Positions 29,549-40,417 of a stretch of 64,000 nt of DNA are shown one piece after another. Below the pieces are notes generated by a model. That model made no database searches and was not told the origin of the DNA. It was given only the letters and a program-made list of their open reading frames with translations. The stretch is from an uncultured Candidatus Entotheonella sp. (GTDB lineage: Bacteria; Tectomicrobia; Entotheonellia; Entotheonellales; Entotheonellaceae), in contig OZ244252.1 of NCBI GenBank assembly GCA_965217185.1, positions 640,001 to 704,000 on the forward strand, in the 5' to 3' direction. Each line of letters opens with the position of its first letter. The stretch's first letter is position 1. A program made the translations under genes and the position numbers.

Positions 29549-29989
29549 TCAGAGTCGCCAGCGGGCGACCGTCTCCACGGCTTCGCCGAGCGGAGCGAAG
29601 AGGCGAAAATCACGCTGGGACGTGCCGCAGGCGAGGCAGGTCCAGCGCGGCAGCAGGCGTTGGCGCCAGCGCACCCCGTCGGTGCGGCGGTTGCACGCCC
29701 GGCAATGGCCCGGCACGGTGCCGAATAGCCAGCCGCAGGTCCAGCACACCCATTTGGTGGCGGCGCCGGCGGCGTTCTGCACCAGGGCGCCCTCGGTGCG
29801 GCGGCGGCAGATCCGGCAATGGACGTGCTGCCAGTCGGTGACGCGCCAATCCATGAGGCGGCTGTGGCCGCAGCGGACGCATTCCCAGATCATGACGGGT
29901 TTTTCGAGGTTGGGGATGCGGCGCCACGTGGTCTGTTGGCCGCATGGCTCGCAGTGGGCTTGCTGGGGTCTGAGGTATGGTTCGTGCAT
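29549..29989 (-). CDS. Cys-rich triple zinc-ribbon-like protein
   Basis: Six CxxC motifs in three HCxxC...WxCxxCG repeats. Confidence 0.65.
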   Translation of the reverse strand: MHEPYLRPQQAHCEPCGQQTTWRRIPNLEKPVMIWECVRCGHSRLMDWRVTDWQHVHCRICRRRTEGALVQNAAGAATKWVCWTCGWLFGTVPGHCRACNRRTDGVRWRQRLLPRWTCLACGTSQRDFRLFAPLGEAVETVARWRL

Positions 29990-29991
29990 CT

Positions 29992-30070
29992 TTTCGAGTT
30001 CTTAGTTTCGAGTTTTTAGTTCTCAGTCCTCAGTTCTCAAAACCAAAAACTCAAAACTGGAAACTAAAAA
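29992..30070. repeat. Inverted heptamer tandem-repeat array
   Basis: Six TTTTTAG-like units followed by five CTAAAAA-like units. Confidence 0.85.
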
Positions 30071-30071
30071 T

Positions 30072-30791
30072 ATGAGTCAGCGTTACGCCTTGGTTACGGC
30101 TGGCGCGCAGGGGTTGGGTTGGGCCATGGCGCGGCATCTGGGACGCCATGGGTACAGCCTGTTCGTCCACTACTACACCAGCCAGGGAAATGCCGAGGCG
30201 CTGCAGGCCGAGGTCACAGCGGCGGGCGGCGAGGCGGTTTGCGTGCAGGCCGACCTGTCACGCGCCGAGGGACGCGAGGGCCTGATGGCGGAGATCGCCG
30301 ACCGTACGCCGGCGTTGCACGTCCTGGTCAACAATGTCGGCTGGTATTTCATCGAGCGGTTGCCTGACATCACCCTGGCGCAATGGGAACAGGCCCTCAG
30401 CCTCAATTGCACGGTAGCGTTCCACCTCACGCAACTCGCGCTGCCGCTCCTGGAGGCAGCCGAGCCGGCCGGCCGTATTATCAACATCGGCGATTCGGCC
30501 TGCGACCGCCTGGCCGCACACGTCATGGCGACGCCCTACCACATCGCCAAGCTGGGTCTGCACGTGCTGACGCGCAGCTACGCGGAACTACTCATGCCCA
30601 AGGGCATCACGGTCAACATGATCTCGCCGGGATTTCTGGAAAACAGCGTTGGCCGCCCGCCCAGGCGGCTGCCTGCCGGACGCAAAGGATCGTTCGCCGA
30701 CGTGCTTGGCGCGTTGGATTACCTCCTCTCCGAGCAAGCCGCTTACGTGTCGGGAACCAACCTGCTGGTCACCGGCGCCTGGCAGCTATGA
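30072..30791 (+). CDS. SDR oxidoreductase (pteridine reductase/FolM-like)
   Basis: TAGAQGLG, VHYYTS, NNVG, YHIAK. Confidence 0.8.
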   Translation: MSQRYALVTAGAQGLGWAMARHLGRHGYSLFVHYYTSQGNAEALQAEVTAAGGEAVCVQADLSRAEGREGLMAEIADRTPALHVLVNNVGWYFIERLPDITLAQWEQALSLNCTVAFHLTQLALPLLEAAEPAGRIINIGDSACDRLAAHVMATPYHIAKLGLHVLTRSYAELLMPKGITVNMISPGFLENSVGRPPRRLPAGRKGSFADVLGALDYLLSEQAAYVSGTNLLVTGAWQL

Positions 30792-31766
30792 GCGCCGGCA
30801 CAGGTAAATCCCTTCCTCCTGCGAATCAAGCACCCACGTCTGCAGGACGTCGAAGCCGGCGTCGCGGAGCACTCGCGGCAGCGCTGCCGGGGTGAAGCGG
30901 TTCGAGAAGAACACCTCCAGCACCTCTCCCTTGTGGAAGTCGAACGATTCCTCGTAAAGCGCCACGTGTACATCCTGCAAGACGCGGGCGTCGGCCTGGA
31001 TGCGCCAGACGTGGCCGTCCTCGCGCAGCGGCCGCGCCTGCACAGAGAGCCGCAGGTCGGAGCCCGCAAAGCCCAGGCTGTCCAGCAGTCCGGCGAACCA
31101 GGCACGGGCCAGCGGATTATCGTACTGCGGCAGGATGCGCTGCGCCGCCGCCGAGCCGTATGAGCCGGGCGACAGGTTGGCAGAAAGCAGCAGCAGGTCG
31201 TCGGGCCGCATGAGACGCCGGAGGTAGGGCAGCAGGGTGGCGTAGTCGAAATTCGGGATGATGCCGAAGCAGCCGAAGACGCGGCGGGCGCCGTCGGCTT
31301 CCTGTTGCGCCAGCCAAGGGTCGAGGTCGGGTTCCGCTGCCAGATCGACAACCAGCGGCGAGGCGCTCAAGGCGGGGAACGCTCCTTGCAAGCGCAGCAT
31401 CGTTTCCAGCACCAACGCGGCGCTGGTGTCCGTGGGGCTGACGTGCAGCGCGCCGCCGTGGTCCAGGGCGTGGCGTACGAACAGGGCGTCCTTGTTGCCG
31501 CCGCCGCATCCCAGGCTGACGTAGTGCAGGGGTCGTCCCGTCAGGGCGGCAATGGCCGCCTGAAAAGACCGTTCGTACAGCACCAACAGTTCCGGTTCGG
31601 TGCGCGACGGTGAGTAAGCCTGGTGGTATGCCAACCAACGCTGCGCCTGCGCCGGCGAATCGTACAACAGCCGCCCCGGCAGTTTGCGGGCGCGCAGTCC
31701 CTGCCGGCACTGCATAGCCACCTGCTCGGGGTACTGGGATTCGTGGAATGTGAGCGTCATCGGCAT
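30786..31766 (-). CDS. EgtD-like (histidine-specific family) SAM methyltransferase
   Basis: RKLPGRLLYDS, SLGCGGGNKD, PQYDN, EVFFSNRF. Confidence 0.7.
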   Translation of the reverse strand: MPMTLTFHESQYPEQVAMQCRQGLRARKLPGRLLYDSPAQAQRWLAYHQAYSPSRTEPELLVLYERSFQAAIAALTGRPLHYVSLGCGGGNKDALFVRHALDHGGALHVSPTDTSAALVLETMLRLQGAFPALSASPLVVDLAAEPDLDPWLAQQEADGARRVFGCFGIIPNFDYATLLPYLRRLMRPDDLLLLSANLSPGSYGSAAAQRILPQYDNPLARAWFAGLLDSLGFAGSDLRLSVQARPLREDGHVWRIQADARVLQDVHVALYEESFDFHKGEVLEVFFSNRFTPAALPRVLRDAGFDVLQTWVLDSQEEGIYLCRRS

Positions 31767-31927
31767 GCGGATAGGTTCTCGCTTCTGGTTGTTAGCCCCG
31801 CACCATCGCCGAATGATACCGATTCGGTGGTTGCCGGTGCTGTGTCATGGTACATCGGCGTCTCGTGCTTTTCCAAGGAAGCTCAGTGGCGGACGTTCCA
31901 GAGCCAGGGCAAGCCGCCCCTTTTCCC

Positions 31928-31956
31928 TTGACACCCCGCATACCTTCCCCTACGTT
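31928..31956 (+). promoter_or_regulatory. Putative sigma70 promoter
   Basis: TTGACA-17 nt-TACGTT upstream of 32013. Confidence 0.55.
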
Positions 31957-32012
31957 ACCGCTTCCTCAAGCGTCCGTGGGCGATTGAATTTACGAGTGCC
32001 AAGGGAAGGCCC

Positions 32013-32288
32013 ATGGCAACCCTAATCTTCGATACCCATGCCTTTGTGAAGCAGCTTGCAGAGGCCGGAATGCCCGAACCGCAGGCAGAAGTGCTGGCGC
32101 GTACACAGGCAGCGTTGATTGATGAACGATTGGCAACCAAGGAAGATTTGCAGGCATTGGAATTACGGCTGAGCAATCAGATGAAAGAAATGGAATCCCG
32201 GCTGAAATACGATCTGACGATTCGGCTGGGCCCCATGTTCGTCGTTACCGCCGGCTTGATCATTGCCCTGTTAAAGCTCATGCAATAG
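32013..32288 (+). CDS. DUF1640/CCDC90-like coiled-coil protein with C-terminal TM
   Basis: FDTHAFVKQLAEAGMPEPQAE, LATKEDL, hydrophobic tail. Confidence 0.82.
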   Translation: MATLIFDTHAFVKQLAEAGMPEPQAEVLARTQAALIDERLATKEDLQALELRLSNQMKEMESRLKYDLTIRLGPMFVVTAGLIIALLKLMQ

Positions 32289-32365
32289 CCATTGTGACGG
32301 ACCGGAATTCCCGACGCCCTGTGCCCTCGCGGACCCCCGCATTTGTCGATTGAGAAAGGGCAGGC

Positions 32366-33145
32366 ATGACCAGCGAATGCCACCTCGACATCCGAGGCGT
32401 TTCGAAGCATTTCGGTGGGGTGCAGGCCATCGGCGACGTCAGCTTGCAAGTAAATCGGGGCGAGATCGTCTCGGTGATCGGGCCGAACGGCGCCGGCAAG
32501 ACGACGCTCCTGAACATGATCAGCGGCTTTTACCATCCCGACAGCGGTTCCATTCTTCTCGCCGACCGCGATATCACACGTCTCTCCCCCAGCCGCATCG
32601 CTACCCTGGGCGTCGCCCGAACCTTCCAGAACATCGCGCTGTTTCGCGGTATGACGGTGCTCGACAACCTCATGCTGGGGCGGCACGTTCACATGCGCAC
32701 CGGCGCGCTGAGCGCCATGTTGCGCTTCGGGCCGGCCTTGCGGGAAGAAGTACAACACCGTGAGGTGGTCGAGGACGTCATCGAGTTTCTCGACATCCAG
32801 CCGCTGCGCAAACAGCCGGCGGGGGCGCTGGCTTACGGATTACAGAAGCGCGTCGAACTCGGTCGCGCTCTGGCGGCGCACCCGCAGGTGCTGCTGCTCG
32901 ACGAGCCGATGGGCGGCATGAACATAGAAGAAAAAGAGGACATGGCGCGCTTCGTCCTGGACGTGAACGACGAGTGGGGTACCACCATCGTATTGATCGA
33001 GCACGACATGGGGGTGGTCATGGACATCTCCGACCAGGTTGTCGTTCTCGACTTGGGACAGAAAATCGCCGAAGGCACGCCGGACGAAGTCAAGGAAGCG
33101 CCGGAGGTTATCAAAGCCTACCTGGGAACCCAGGCCGCGAGTTGA
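32366..33145 (+). CDS. LIV-type ABC ATP-binding protein (LivG-like)
   Basis: GPNGAGKTT, RTFQN, LLLDEP, EHD, KAYLG. Confidence 0.9.
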   Translation: MTSECHLDIRGVSKHFGGVQAIGDVSLQVNRGEIVSVIGPNGAGKTTLLNMISGFYHPDSGSILLADRDITRLSPSRIATLGVARTFQNIALFRGMTVLDNLMLGRHVHMRTGALSAMLRFGPALREEVQHREVVEDVIEFLDIQPLRKQPAGALAYGLQKRVELGRALAAHPQVLLLDEPMGGMNIEEKEDMARFVLDVNDEWGTTIVLIEHDMGVVMDISDQVVVLDLGQKIAEGTPDEVKEAPEVIKAYLGTQAAS

Positions 33146-33188
33146 CCCTGGCCGCACGCATCAGCAACCGCACCATGAGGAAGAGACG

Positions 33189-35099
33189 ATGGACGAGACC
33201 ACCCTGCCGCACTATCTGCTGCGCAACGCCCGTGAGTTTCCCCATCAGGTGGCCATGCGGGAAAAGGAAAAGGGCATCTGGCAGCAGTGGACCTGGCGCC
33301 AATACCTGGACGAGGTGCGCGACCTGGCACTGGGGCTCGTCGCGCTGGGATTCGAGCGCGGCGACAAGCTGGCCATCCTGAGCGACAATCGGCCACAGGT
33401 CTACTGGGCCATGGTGGCCGCGCAGGCGCTCGGCGGTATGCCGGTGCCGCTGTATCAGGACTCCATCAGCCGGCAGTTGGCTTTCGTCGTCGGCCACTCG
33501 GACGCCGCCATGGTGCTGGCCGAGGATCAGGAGCAGGTGGACAAGGTTCTGGAGTTGAAGGACAACCTGCCCAAGGTGCGCCGGGTGATCTACGACGACC
33601 CCAAGGGCATGCGGCATTACAACGATCCGTGGCTGACCAGTTTCACTGCCGTCCAGGAAAAGGGCCGCGAGTTGGGCCGGCAACAGCCGCACCTATTCGA
33701 CGAGCATGTCTCGGCAGGGCGAGCCGACGATATCGCGCTGCTCTGCTACACCTCCGGCACCACTGGGCAGCCCAAGGGCGCCATGCTGTCGCACGCCAAC
33801 CTGATTACTGCGGTCGAGGGCATGCAGATCGTCGAGCCCTACTACCCCACCGACGAAACGCTGGCTTACCTGCCGCCCGCCTGGGTCGGCGATACCTTCT
33901 GGTCGCTGGCCGGCGCGCTGATGACGGGATGCCGGGTGAATTGCCCGGAACGCCCGGAGACGGTGCAGGCGAATATCCGGGAGATTGCCCCGCACTTCCT
34001 GGTGGCGCCGCCGCGTATCTGGGAGAATCTCGTCTCCGAGGTGCGCACCCGCGTCGACGACGCCTCGTTTATGAAGCGTTGGCTGTTCCACAAGCTGATG
34101 CCGGTCGGCGAGGACGTGGCCCGTAAGCGCATGGAGAAAGAGCCGGTGGGCGTTCTCCAGAAGGGCTTGCACAAGCTGGCCGAGTTTTTCGTTTTCGGCC
34201 CCCTGCGCGATCATCTCGGCTTCCGCCGCATACGCTCGGCCTACACCGGCGGCGCGCCGCTTGGCCCTGAGATTTTCCTGTTTTTCCGCGCCCTCGGCAT
34301 CAACCTCAAGCAGGTATACGGCCAGACGGAATCCGGCGTGACCTGCGTGCAGCGCGATGGCGACGTGTCGCTGGGCACCGTCGGCAAGCCGTTTCCCAAC
34401 GTCGAGATGGCGGTGTCGGACGACGGCGAGGTACTGATCAACGGCCCGATGGTCTTCAAGGGCTACTACAAAGACGAGGCTGCCACCGCTGCCGCCCTCA
34501 AGGACGGCTGGCTGTATTCGGGCGACGCCGGGCTCATCGACCCGAACGACCATTTGGTGGTCATCGACCGCGCCAAGGACGTGACGGCGCTTACCGACGG
34601 CACCCGATTCGCCCCGCAATTCATCGAGAACAAGCTGAAGTTCAGCCCATATATCAAGGAGGCGGTGTCGTTCGGCCAGGATCGCCCGTACGTCGCCGCC
34701 ATGGTCGATATCGATATGGAGAACGTCGGGCGCTGGGCGGAAAAGAATCGCCTGGCGTACACGACCTACACCGATCTGGCGCAAAAACCCGAAGTCTATG
34801 ACCTCATCGCGCTGGAGGTCGACCGGGTGAACCGCGACCTGCCCGAATCGACCCGTATCCGGCGCTTCCTGCTGTTGCACAAGGAGCTGGACGCCGATGA
34901 CGAGGAGATCACCCGCACGCGCAAGGTGCGCCGTGGGCTGGTGGCGGAACGGTACGCCGACATCATTGCCGCCCTGTTCACCGAGGAAGTCTCGACCGTG
35001 CCGGTGACCTCGGTCATCACGTACCAGGACGGGCGTCAGGCAACGCTGGAGACCACGCTGGCGATTCGCGATGCCGGCACGGCCCTGGCCGAGGCGTAG
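33189..35099 (+). CDS. Long-chain acyl-CoA ligase (AMP-binding)
   Basis: YTSGTTGQPKG, YGQTE, SGDAG, DRAKD; start MDETTLP. Confidence 0.92.
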   Translation: MDETTLPHYLLRNAREFPHQVAMREKEKGIWQQWTWRQYLDEVRDLALGLVALGFERGDKLAILSDNRPQVYWAMVAAQALGGMPVPLYQDSISRQLAFVVGHSDAAMVLAEDQEQVDKVLELKDNLPKVRRVIYDDPKGMRHYNDPWLTSFTAVQEKGRELGRQQPHLFDEHVSAGRADDIALLCYTSGTTGQPKGAMLSHANLITAVEGMQIVEPYYPTDETLAYLPPAWVGDTFWSLAGALMTGCRVNCPERPETVQANIREIAPHFLVAPPRIWENLVSEVRTRVDDASFMKRWLFHKLMPVGEDVARKRMEKEPVGVLQKGLHKLAEFFVFGPLRDHLGFRRIRSAYTGGAPLGPEIFLFFRALGINLKQVYGQTESGVTCVQRDGDVSLGTVGKPFPNVEMAVSDDGEVLINGPMVFKGYYKDEAATAAALKDGWLYSGDAGLIDPNDHLVVIDRAKDVTALTDGTRFAPQFIENKLKFSPYIKEAVSFGQDRPYVAAMVDIDMENVGRWAEKNRLAYTTYTDLAQKPEVYDLIALEVDRVNRDLPESTRIRRFLLLHKELDADDEEITRTRKVRRGLVAERYADIIAALFTEEVSTVPVTSVITYQDGRQATLETTLAIRDAGTALAEA

Positions 35100-35110
35100 G
35101 GGAGAGACCA

Positions 35111-35995
35111 ATGGAATTCCTGTTCGATCTGACCGCCAACGGCCTGCTGGTGGGGCTCATGTACGCTCTGGTGGCGCTGGGCTTCGTGCTCATTTACAAG
35201 GCCACCAGCGTGATTAACTTCGCGCAGGGCGACCTGCTGATGTTCGCCGGCTACGCGGCGGCGGTGATGACCGGCGGCCTCGGCATGCCCTTATGGGCCA
35301 TGGTGCTGGTGCTGTGTGCCGGCATGGTGCTGCTGGGCTTCGTGCTGGAGCGTGGCATCCTGCGGCCGATGGTCGGGCAGCCGGTAGTGTCGGTCATCAT
35401 GGTGACCATCGGCCTGAGTTTCGTGCTGCAGGGGCTGGTGACGATCATATGGGGCGCCAACACGCGGGAACTGGCCCTGCCGGTTCGGTTCGAGCCGTAC
35501 ATCCTGGGTCCCGTTTACATCTCGCCGATCAACCTGGTGGCTGCGGTCATCGCCATCTTGTTCCTGATTGGCTTTGGCGTGTTTTTCACGCGCAGCCGCC
35601 TAGGGGTGGCCATGCGGGCGGTGGCCGATGACCAGCAGGCGTCGATGGTGGTGGGCATCAAAGTGCCGCGCGTGTTCGCGCTGTCGTGGGCCATCGCCGG
35701 GTTGGCAGCGGCCGCGGGCGGCATCATCTGGGGCAACCAGATCGGCGTCGACACCTTTCTGGCCCTGGTCGGCCTCAAGGTCTTTCCGGTGGTCATTCTC
35801 GGCGGCCTGGACAGTATCGGCGGCGCCATCATCGGCGGCCTGCTGATGGGCGTCATCGAGAGCCTGGCGGCCGGCTACCTCGACCCCGTGGTGGGTGGCG
35901 GCACCAAGGACTTCATTCCCTACCTGCTGATGATTCTGGTGCTGTTCGTGCGGCCGTACGGCCTTTTCGGACACGAGACGATCGAGCGGGTGTAG
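35111..35995 (+). CDS. LIV-type ABC permease (LivH-like)
   Basis: YALVALGFVLIY..VINFAQG, ILGGLDS. Confidence 0.9.
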   Translation: MEFLFDLTANGLLVGLMYALVALGFVLIYKATSVINFAQGDLLMFAGYAAAVMTGGLGMPLWAMVLVLCAGMVLLGFVLERGILRPMVGQPVVSVIMVTIGLSFVLQGLVTIIWGANTRELALPVRFEPYILGPVYISPINLVAAVIAILFLIGFGVFFTRSRLGVAMRAVADDQQASMVVGIKVPRVFALSWAIAGLAAAAGGIIWGNQIGVDTFLALVGLKVFPVVILGGLDSIGGAIIGGLLMGVIESLAAGYLDPVVGGGTKDFIPYLLMILVLFVRPYGLFGHETIERV

Positions 35996-35997
35996 AC

Positions 35998-37080
35998 GTG
36001 ATCAACCGGGAATCGGGCATATTTCAGACGAGCTACGAGGGCGATATGGCCCTCTACACGCTGCCGCTGGCCAGGAACACCACGCGGGTGGTGGTGGCGT
36101 TGCTGGTCCTGCTTCCCGTCCCGCTGATGATGGCGAACAACGAGCACCTGATGAGCATCGCCACCACCATCACCCTGGCGGCCATCGGCGCCATCGGCCT
36201 GAACCTTCTGGTCGGCTACACCGGGCAGATCTCCATCGGTCAGGGCGCCTTCATGATGGTCGGGGGGTACACCGCCGCCATCCTGTCGAGCCGCTACGGC
36301 ATGCCCTTCTGGTTCGGCATCCTGGCGGGCGGCTGCACGACTGCGCTGGTCGGGGTTCTGTTCGGCATTCCGTCCCTGCGCATCAAGGGCCTGTACCTGG
36401 CCATCGCCACCCTGGCGGCGCAGCTCATCATCGAGTGGGTCATCAACCACGTGCCGTGGATCAGCGGCGGCGCGCAGTCCTCCATCTACGTCGACAATCC
36501 GGTGCTGTTCGGTTTCGAGTTCAATACCGAGTTCCGGCGCTACTACCTGGTGCTGGTGGTCTTCCTGCTGGCCTTTTTCGGGGCCCAGAACCTGGTGCGG
36601 GGGCGCATCGGGCGGGCCTTCATCGCTATCCGCGACCGCGACATCGCGGCGGAGATCATCGGCGTCAATCTGTTTCGCTACAAGCTGCTGGCTTTCGCTA
36701 TCAGCTCGTTCTATGCCGGTGTGGCGGGAGCGCTGTGGACGTATTACCTGCGCATCGCCAACTACGAGAATTTTATCTTGGCGGTGTCGATCGAATACCT
36801 CGCGATGATCATCATCGGCGGCCTGGGCAGTGTGCTGGGGGCGGTCTTCGGGGCCATTTTCATCAAGCTGTTCCCCATCGCCCTGGACCTGACGGTGGTG
36901 AGCGTTTCAGAGGGTGTTTTCGGCATCCCATATCAGGATGTGGCCAATTTCCTGGCCAACATGCAGCTGTTCCTGTTCGGCGCCTTGATCATCTTTTTCC
37001 TCACCGTCGAGCCGCAGGGGTTGGCTCGCATGTGGGAACACGTCAAACGGTACTTCCGATTGTGGCCTTACTCGTACTGA
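35998..37080 (+). CDS. LIV-type ABC permease (LivM-like)
   Basis: GYTGQISIGQGAF, GLYLAIATLA, IIGGLGS; GTG start at 35998. Confidence 0.9.
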   Translation: MINRESGIFQTSYEGDMALYTLPLARNTTRVVVALLVLLPVPLMMANNEHLMSIATTITLAAIGAIGLNLLVGYTGQISIGQGAFMMVGGYTAAILSSRYGMPFWFGILAGGCTTALVGVLFGIPSLRIKGLYLAIATLAAQLIIEWVINHVPWISGGAQSSIYVDNPVLFGFEFNTEFRRYYLVLVVFLLAFFGAQNLVRGRIGRAFIAIRDRDIAAEIIGVNLFRYKLLAFAISSFYAGVAGALWTYYLRIANYENFILAVSIEYLAMIIIGGLGSVLGAVFGAIFIKLFPIALDLTVVSVSEGVFGIPYQDVANFLANMQLFLFGALIIFFLTVEPQGLARMWEHVKRYFRLWPYSY

Positions 37081-37141
37081 ACGTCGGAGCGGACAGGGTA
37101 GGGCGCATCGGGCAAACCTGCTTGCAGAAAGGGGAGCTTCC

Positions 37142-38374
37142 ATGCAGTCGCGTTGCGCTACGAAATGGCTCGGTGCATTGGGTGTGCTGGTGGTACTGCT
37201 CGGCACCGGGGGGTTGCTGTCGGCCGATGAGATCGTCGTGGGCGGACAGTGCGACCGCACCGGCCCGACGAAGTTCATCGGCACGCTGCTGTGCCCCGGG
37301 GTGAACGACTACATCAAGCTGATCAACAAGAAGGGCGGGATCAATGGCCATACGGTGCGCTATATTGAGGTGGAGCATGCCTACAAGGTCGACCGCGGTG
37401 TTGAGGCCTACGAACGCATCAAGCACGCGGGGGGCGTGGCGACGGTTGATTACGGCACGCCCATCGTGTACGCGCTGACGCCGCGGCATATGGAAGACAA
37501 AATTCCGGGCCTGACGCCGGGCTTCGGGCGCGCCGATGCGGCGGACGGCGAGCGCTTTCCGTATATCTTCCCGGTGGCTGCCTCGTATTGGTCGCAGGCG
37601 GCGGCGGCGATGCAATTCATCAAGGACCAGGGGGCCGCGGCGGGTGCCAAGGTGGCGTATATCTATTACGACAATCCCGCCGGGCGCGAGCCGCTGCCCA
37701 TTTTCAGACGCATTTGCGAGCAGGAAGGCTACAGTTGCCGCGAGTTTGCGGTGCCGCCGCCGGGTATCGAAATGGCCGCCGCGGTCCTGGACATCACGCG
37801 CCGCATGCGGGCCGAGTGGGTGGTCTCGCACCTGTTCGGCAAGGCGCCGGCCATTTCCATCCGCGAGTTTCGCAAGAACGGCTTCCCGCTGAACAAGGTG
37901 GTCAGTCTGGTGTGGGGCGCCGGCGAGATGGACATGATCGCTGCCGGCTGGAAGAACGCCCAGGGCTACCTGGGGATGCAATTTGCCGGCGTCGGGCGTG
38001 ATTTCCCGGTGATTCGTGAGATCGTCAGCATGTATGAGGAGGAAGGGCAAGACGTGCCGGAGATGGTCGGCCAGGTGTACTACAACCGCGGCGTCTTTAC
38101 GGCGGCGGTCATCGTGGAAGGGCTGCGTCTTGCAGTGGAGAACTTCGGCATGCCGGTAACCGGGGAAAAGGTGAAGATGGGCTACGAGCGCATCACCGAT
38201 TTCACCCTGGGCGGTTTCCTGCCGCCCCTCAGCATCACCGTGCAGGATCACGAGGGCGGCGGCTGGGTGCGCATTTACGAGACCATGGGCGAGGACCTGG
38301 TGCCGCACACCGAGTGGTTTCAGGGCTATCGGGACGTCGTCCTCGATGAGGTCAGGAAGGCGGCGCAGGAATAG
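37142..38374 (+). CDS. ABC substrate-binding protein (LIV/PBP type 1)
   Basis: Signal peptide, DRTGPT, INKKGGING. Confidence 0.85.
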   Translation: MQSRCATKWLGALGVLVVLLGTGGLLSADEIVVGGQCDRTGPTKFIGTLLCPGVNDYIKLINKKGGINGHTVRYIEVEHAYKVDRGVEAYERIKHAGGVATVDYGTPIVYALTPRHMEDKIPGLTPGFGRADAADGERFPYIFPVAASYWSQAAAAMQFIKDQGAAAGAKVAYIYYDNPAGREPLPIFRRICEQEGYSCREFAVPPPGIEMAAAVLDITRRMRAEWVVSHLFGKAPAISIREFRKNGFPLNKVVSLVWGAGEMDMIAAGWKNAQGYLGMQFAGVGRDFPVIREIVSMYEEEGQDVPEMVGQVYYNRGVFTAAVIVEGLRLAVENFGMPVTGEKVKMGYERITDFTLGGFLPPLSITVQDHEGGGWVRIYETMGEDLVPHTEWFQGYRDVVLDEVRKAAQE

Positions 38375-38402
38375 GCGCGGCGAGCGGGAGGCCTGTCCGG
38401 CC

Positions 38403-39197
<795 letters not shown>

Positions 39198-39319
39198 CGG
39201 GCCGTCAGCGACGCGTCAGGCGCAATTCAGCTTGTCACCGCTGGGGTGGCGGCGTAGAGTAGGGCGCTGATTTTCCCAGAAGGCTTGGATGCTGCTGTCG
39301 GGACAAAGAGGATCTTACG

Positions 39320-40303
39320 ATGGTGACTGAAGTCACACCCTTGGAGAAGCAGGGAATGCGGCCCAGCCTCTGGCAGCGCTTGCTGGATTGGAGCGCTACG
39401 GACGCGCTCACGGGCTACGTCTTCGTTCTGCCGGCCTTCGGCTGGATCGCCCTGCTGGTGGCGATGCCGTTTTGCATCGCGCTGGCTTACAGCGTCAGCA
39501 ATGCCTGGATCGATACCGAGTGGATTTGGGCGGAGTTCCTGGGCCTCCAGGAGGGAGAACTGACGTTCCTGGGGCTGGACAATTTCATCGACTTGTTCGG
39601 CGACAGTATCTTTCTGCAGACGCTGCAAAATTCCATCGTGTTCTCAACCGCCTCGGTGGCCCTGAAGGCTATCCTGGGCCTCACACTGGCGTTGCTGCTG
39701 AACCGCACCCTGCACTTCAACAAGGTAATCCGCGGCGCGCTGCTGCTGCCCTTCGTGGTGCCGACTGCCCTCAGCACGCTAGGGTGGTGGTGGATGTTCG
39801 ATTCGCTATACAGCGTCATCAACTGGACGCTGGTGCATCTCAACCTGGCGGAACGCGGCCCGGCGTGGCTGTCCAACCCGTATCTGGCCATGCTGGCCGT
39901 CATCATCGTCAACACCTGGCGCGGCCTGCCGTTCTTCGCCATCACGGTGCTGGCCGGTCTGGTGTCGATCCCCAATGAGTTGTACGAGGCCGCCGAAACG
40001 GACGGCGCTGCGGCGCTGCGGCGTTTCTGGCACATCACGCTGCCGCTGCTGCGCCCGGTGCTGGCGGTGGTGGTGCTGTTCTCGACGATCTTCACGCTGG
40101 CCGAATTCAACATCATCTTCGTGCTGACCCGGGGCGGCCCGGAAAACATGACGCACCTTTTTTCCACCCTGTCATACACCTACGGACTGATCGGCGGGCA
40201 ACTCGGCTCCGGCGCCGCTATCTCGCTTTTCCTGTTTCCCTTCATGCTAGTGATCGTCTACTTCCAGTTGAAGTTGATACGCCGGGATACGACGTACGAT
40301 TAG
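39320..40303 (+). CDS. Carbohydrate ABC permease (MalF/UgpA-like)
   Basis: Multi-TM, ELYEAAETDGA EAA motif. Confidence 0.88.
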   Translation: MVTEVTPLEKQGMRPSLWQRLLDWSATDALTGYVFVLPAFGWIALLVAMPFCIALAYSVSNAWIDTEWIWAEFLGLQEGELTFLGLDNFIDLFGDSIFLQTLQNSIVFSTASVALKAILGLTLALLLNRTLHFNKVIRGALLLPFVVPTALSTLGWWWMFDSLYSVINWTLVHLNLAERGPAWLSNPYLAMLAVIIVNTWRGLPFFAITVLAGLVSIPNELYEAAETDGAAALRRFWHITLPLLRPVLAVVVLFSTIFTLAEFNIIFVLTRGGPENMTHLFSTLSYTYGLIGGQLGSGAAISLFLFPFMLVIVYFQLKLIRRDTTYD

Positions 40304-40325
40304 CCGGTCAGCGGGTAGGGGAGGC

Positions 40326-40400
40326 AAGCTGCTCCGATGGATGGGCGGCGTCATCCTGGCCTTTCAGGTGCTGGTGTTTGGCAAGCTGTTCTTTACGTGA
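40326..40400 (+). pseudogene. Remnant C-terminus of a small TM-tailed (DUF1640-like) gene
   Basis: Own translation KLLRWMGGVILAFQVLVFGKLFFT*; no upstream body. Confidence 0.45.
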
Positions 40401-40417
40401 TGGAAAGGAACCTCGGA

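Noticed and set aside
29992..30070. CRISPR array
   Set aside because: 7-bp units with no spacers and no cas genes
30786..31766. Ergothioneine biosynthesis operon
   Set aside because: The EgtD-like gene is divergent and alone; the FGE-domain gene is 24 kb away and lacks the EgtB N-terminal DinB-like domain
40337..40417. ORF-track start of the second sugar permease
   Set aside because: ATG 40418 has a better RBS, and the upstream stretch reads as a gene remnant in another frame
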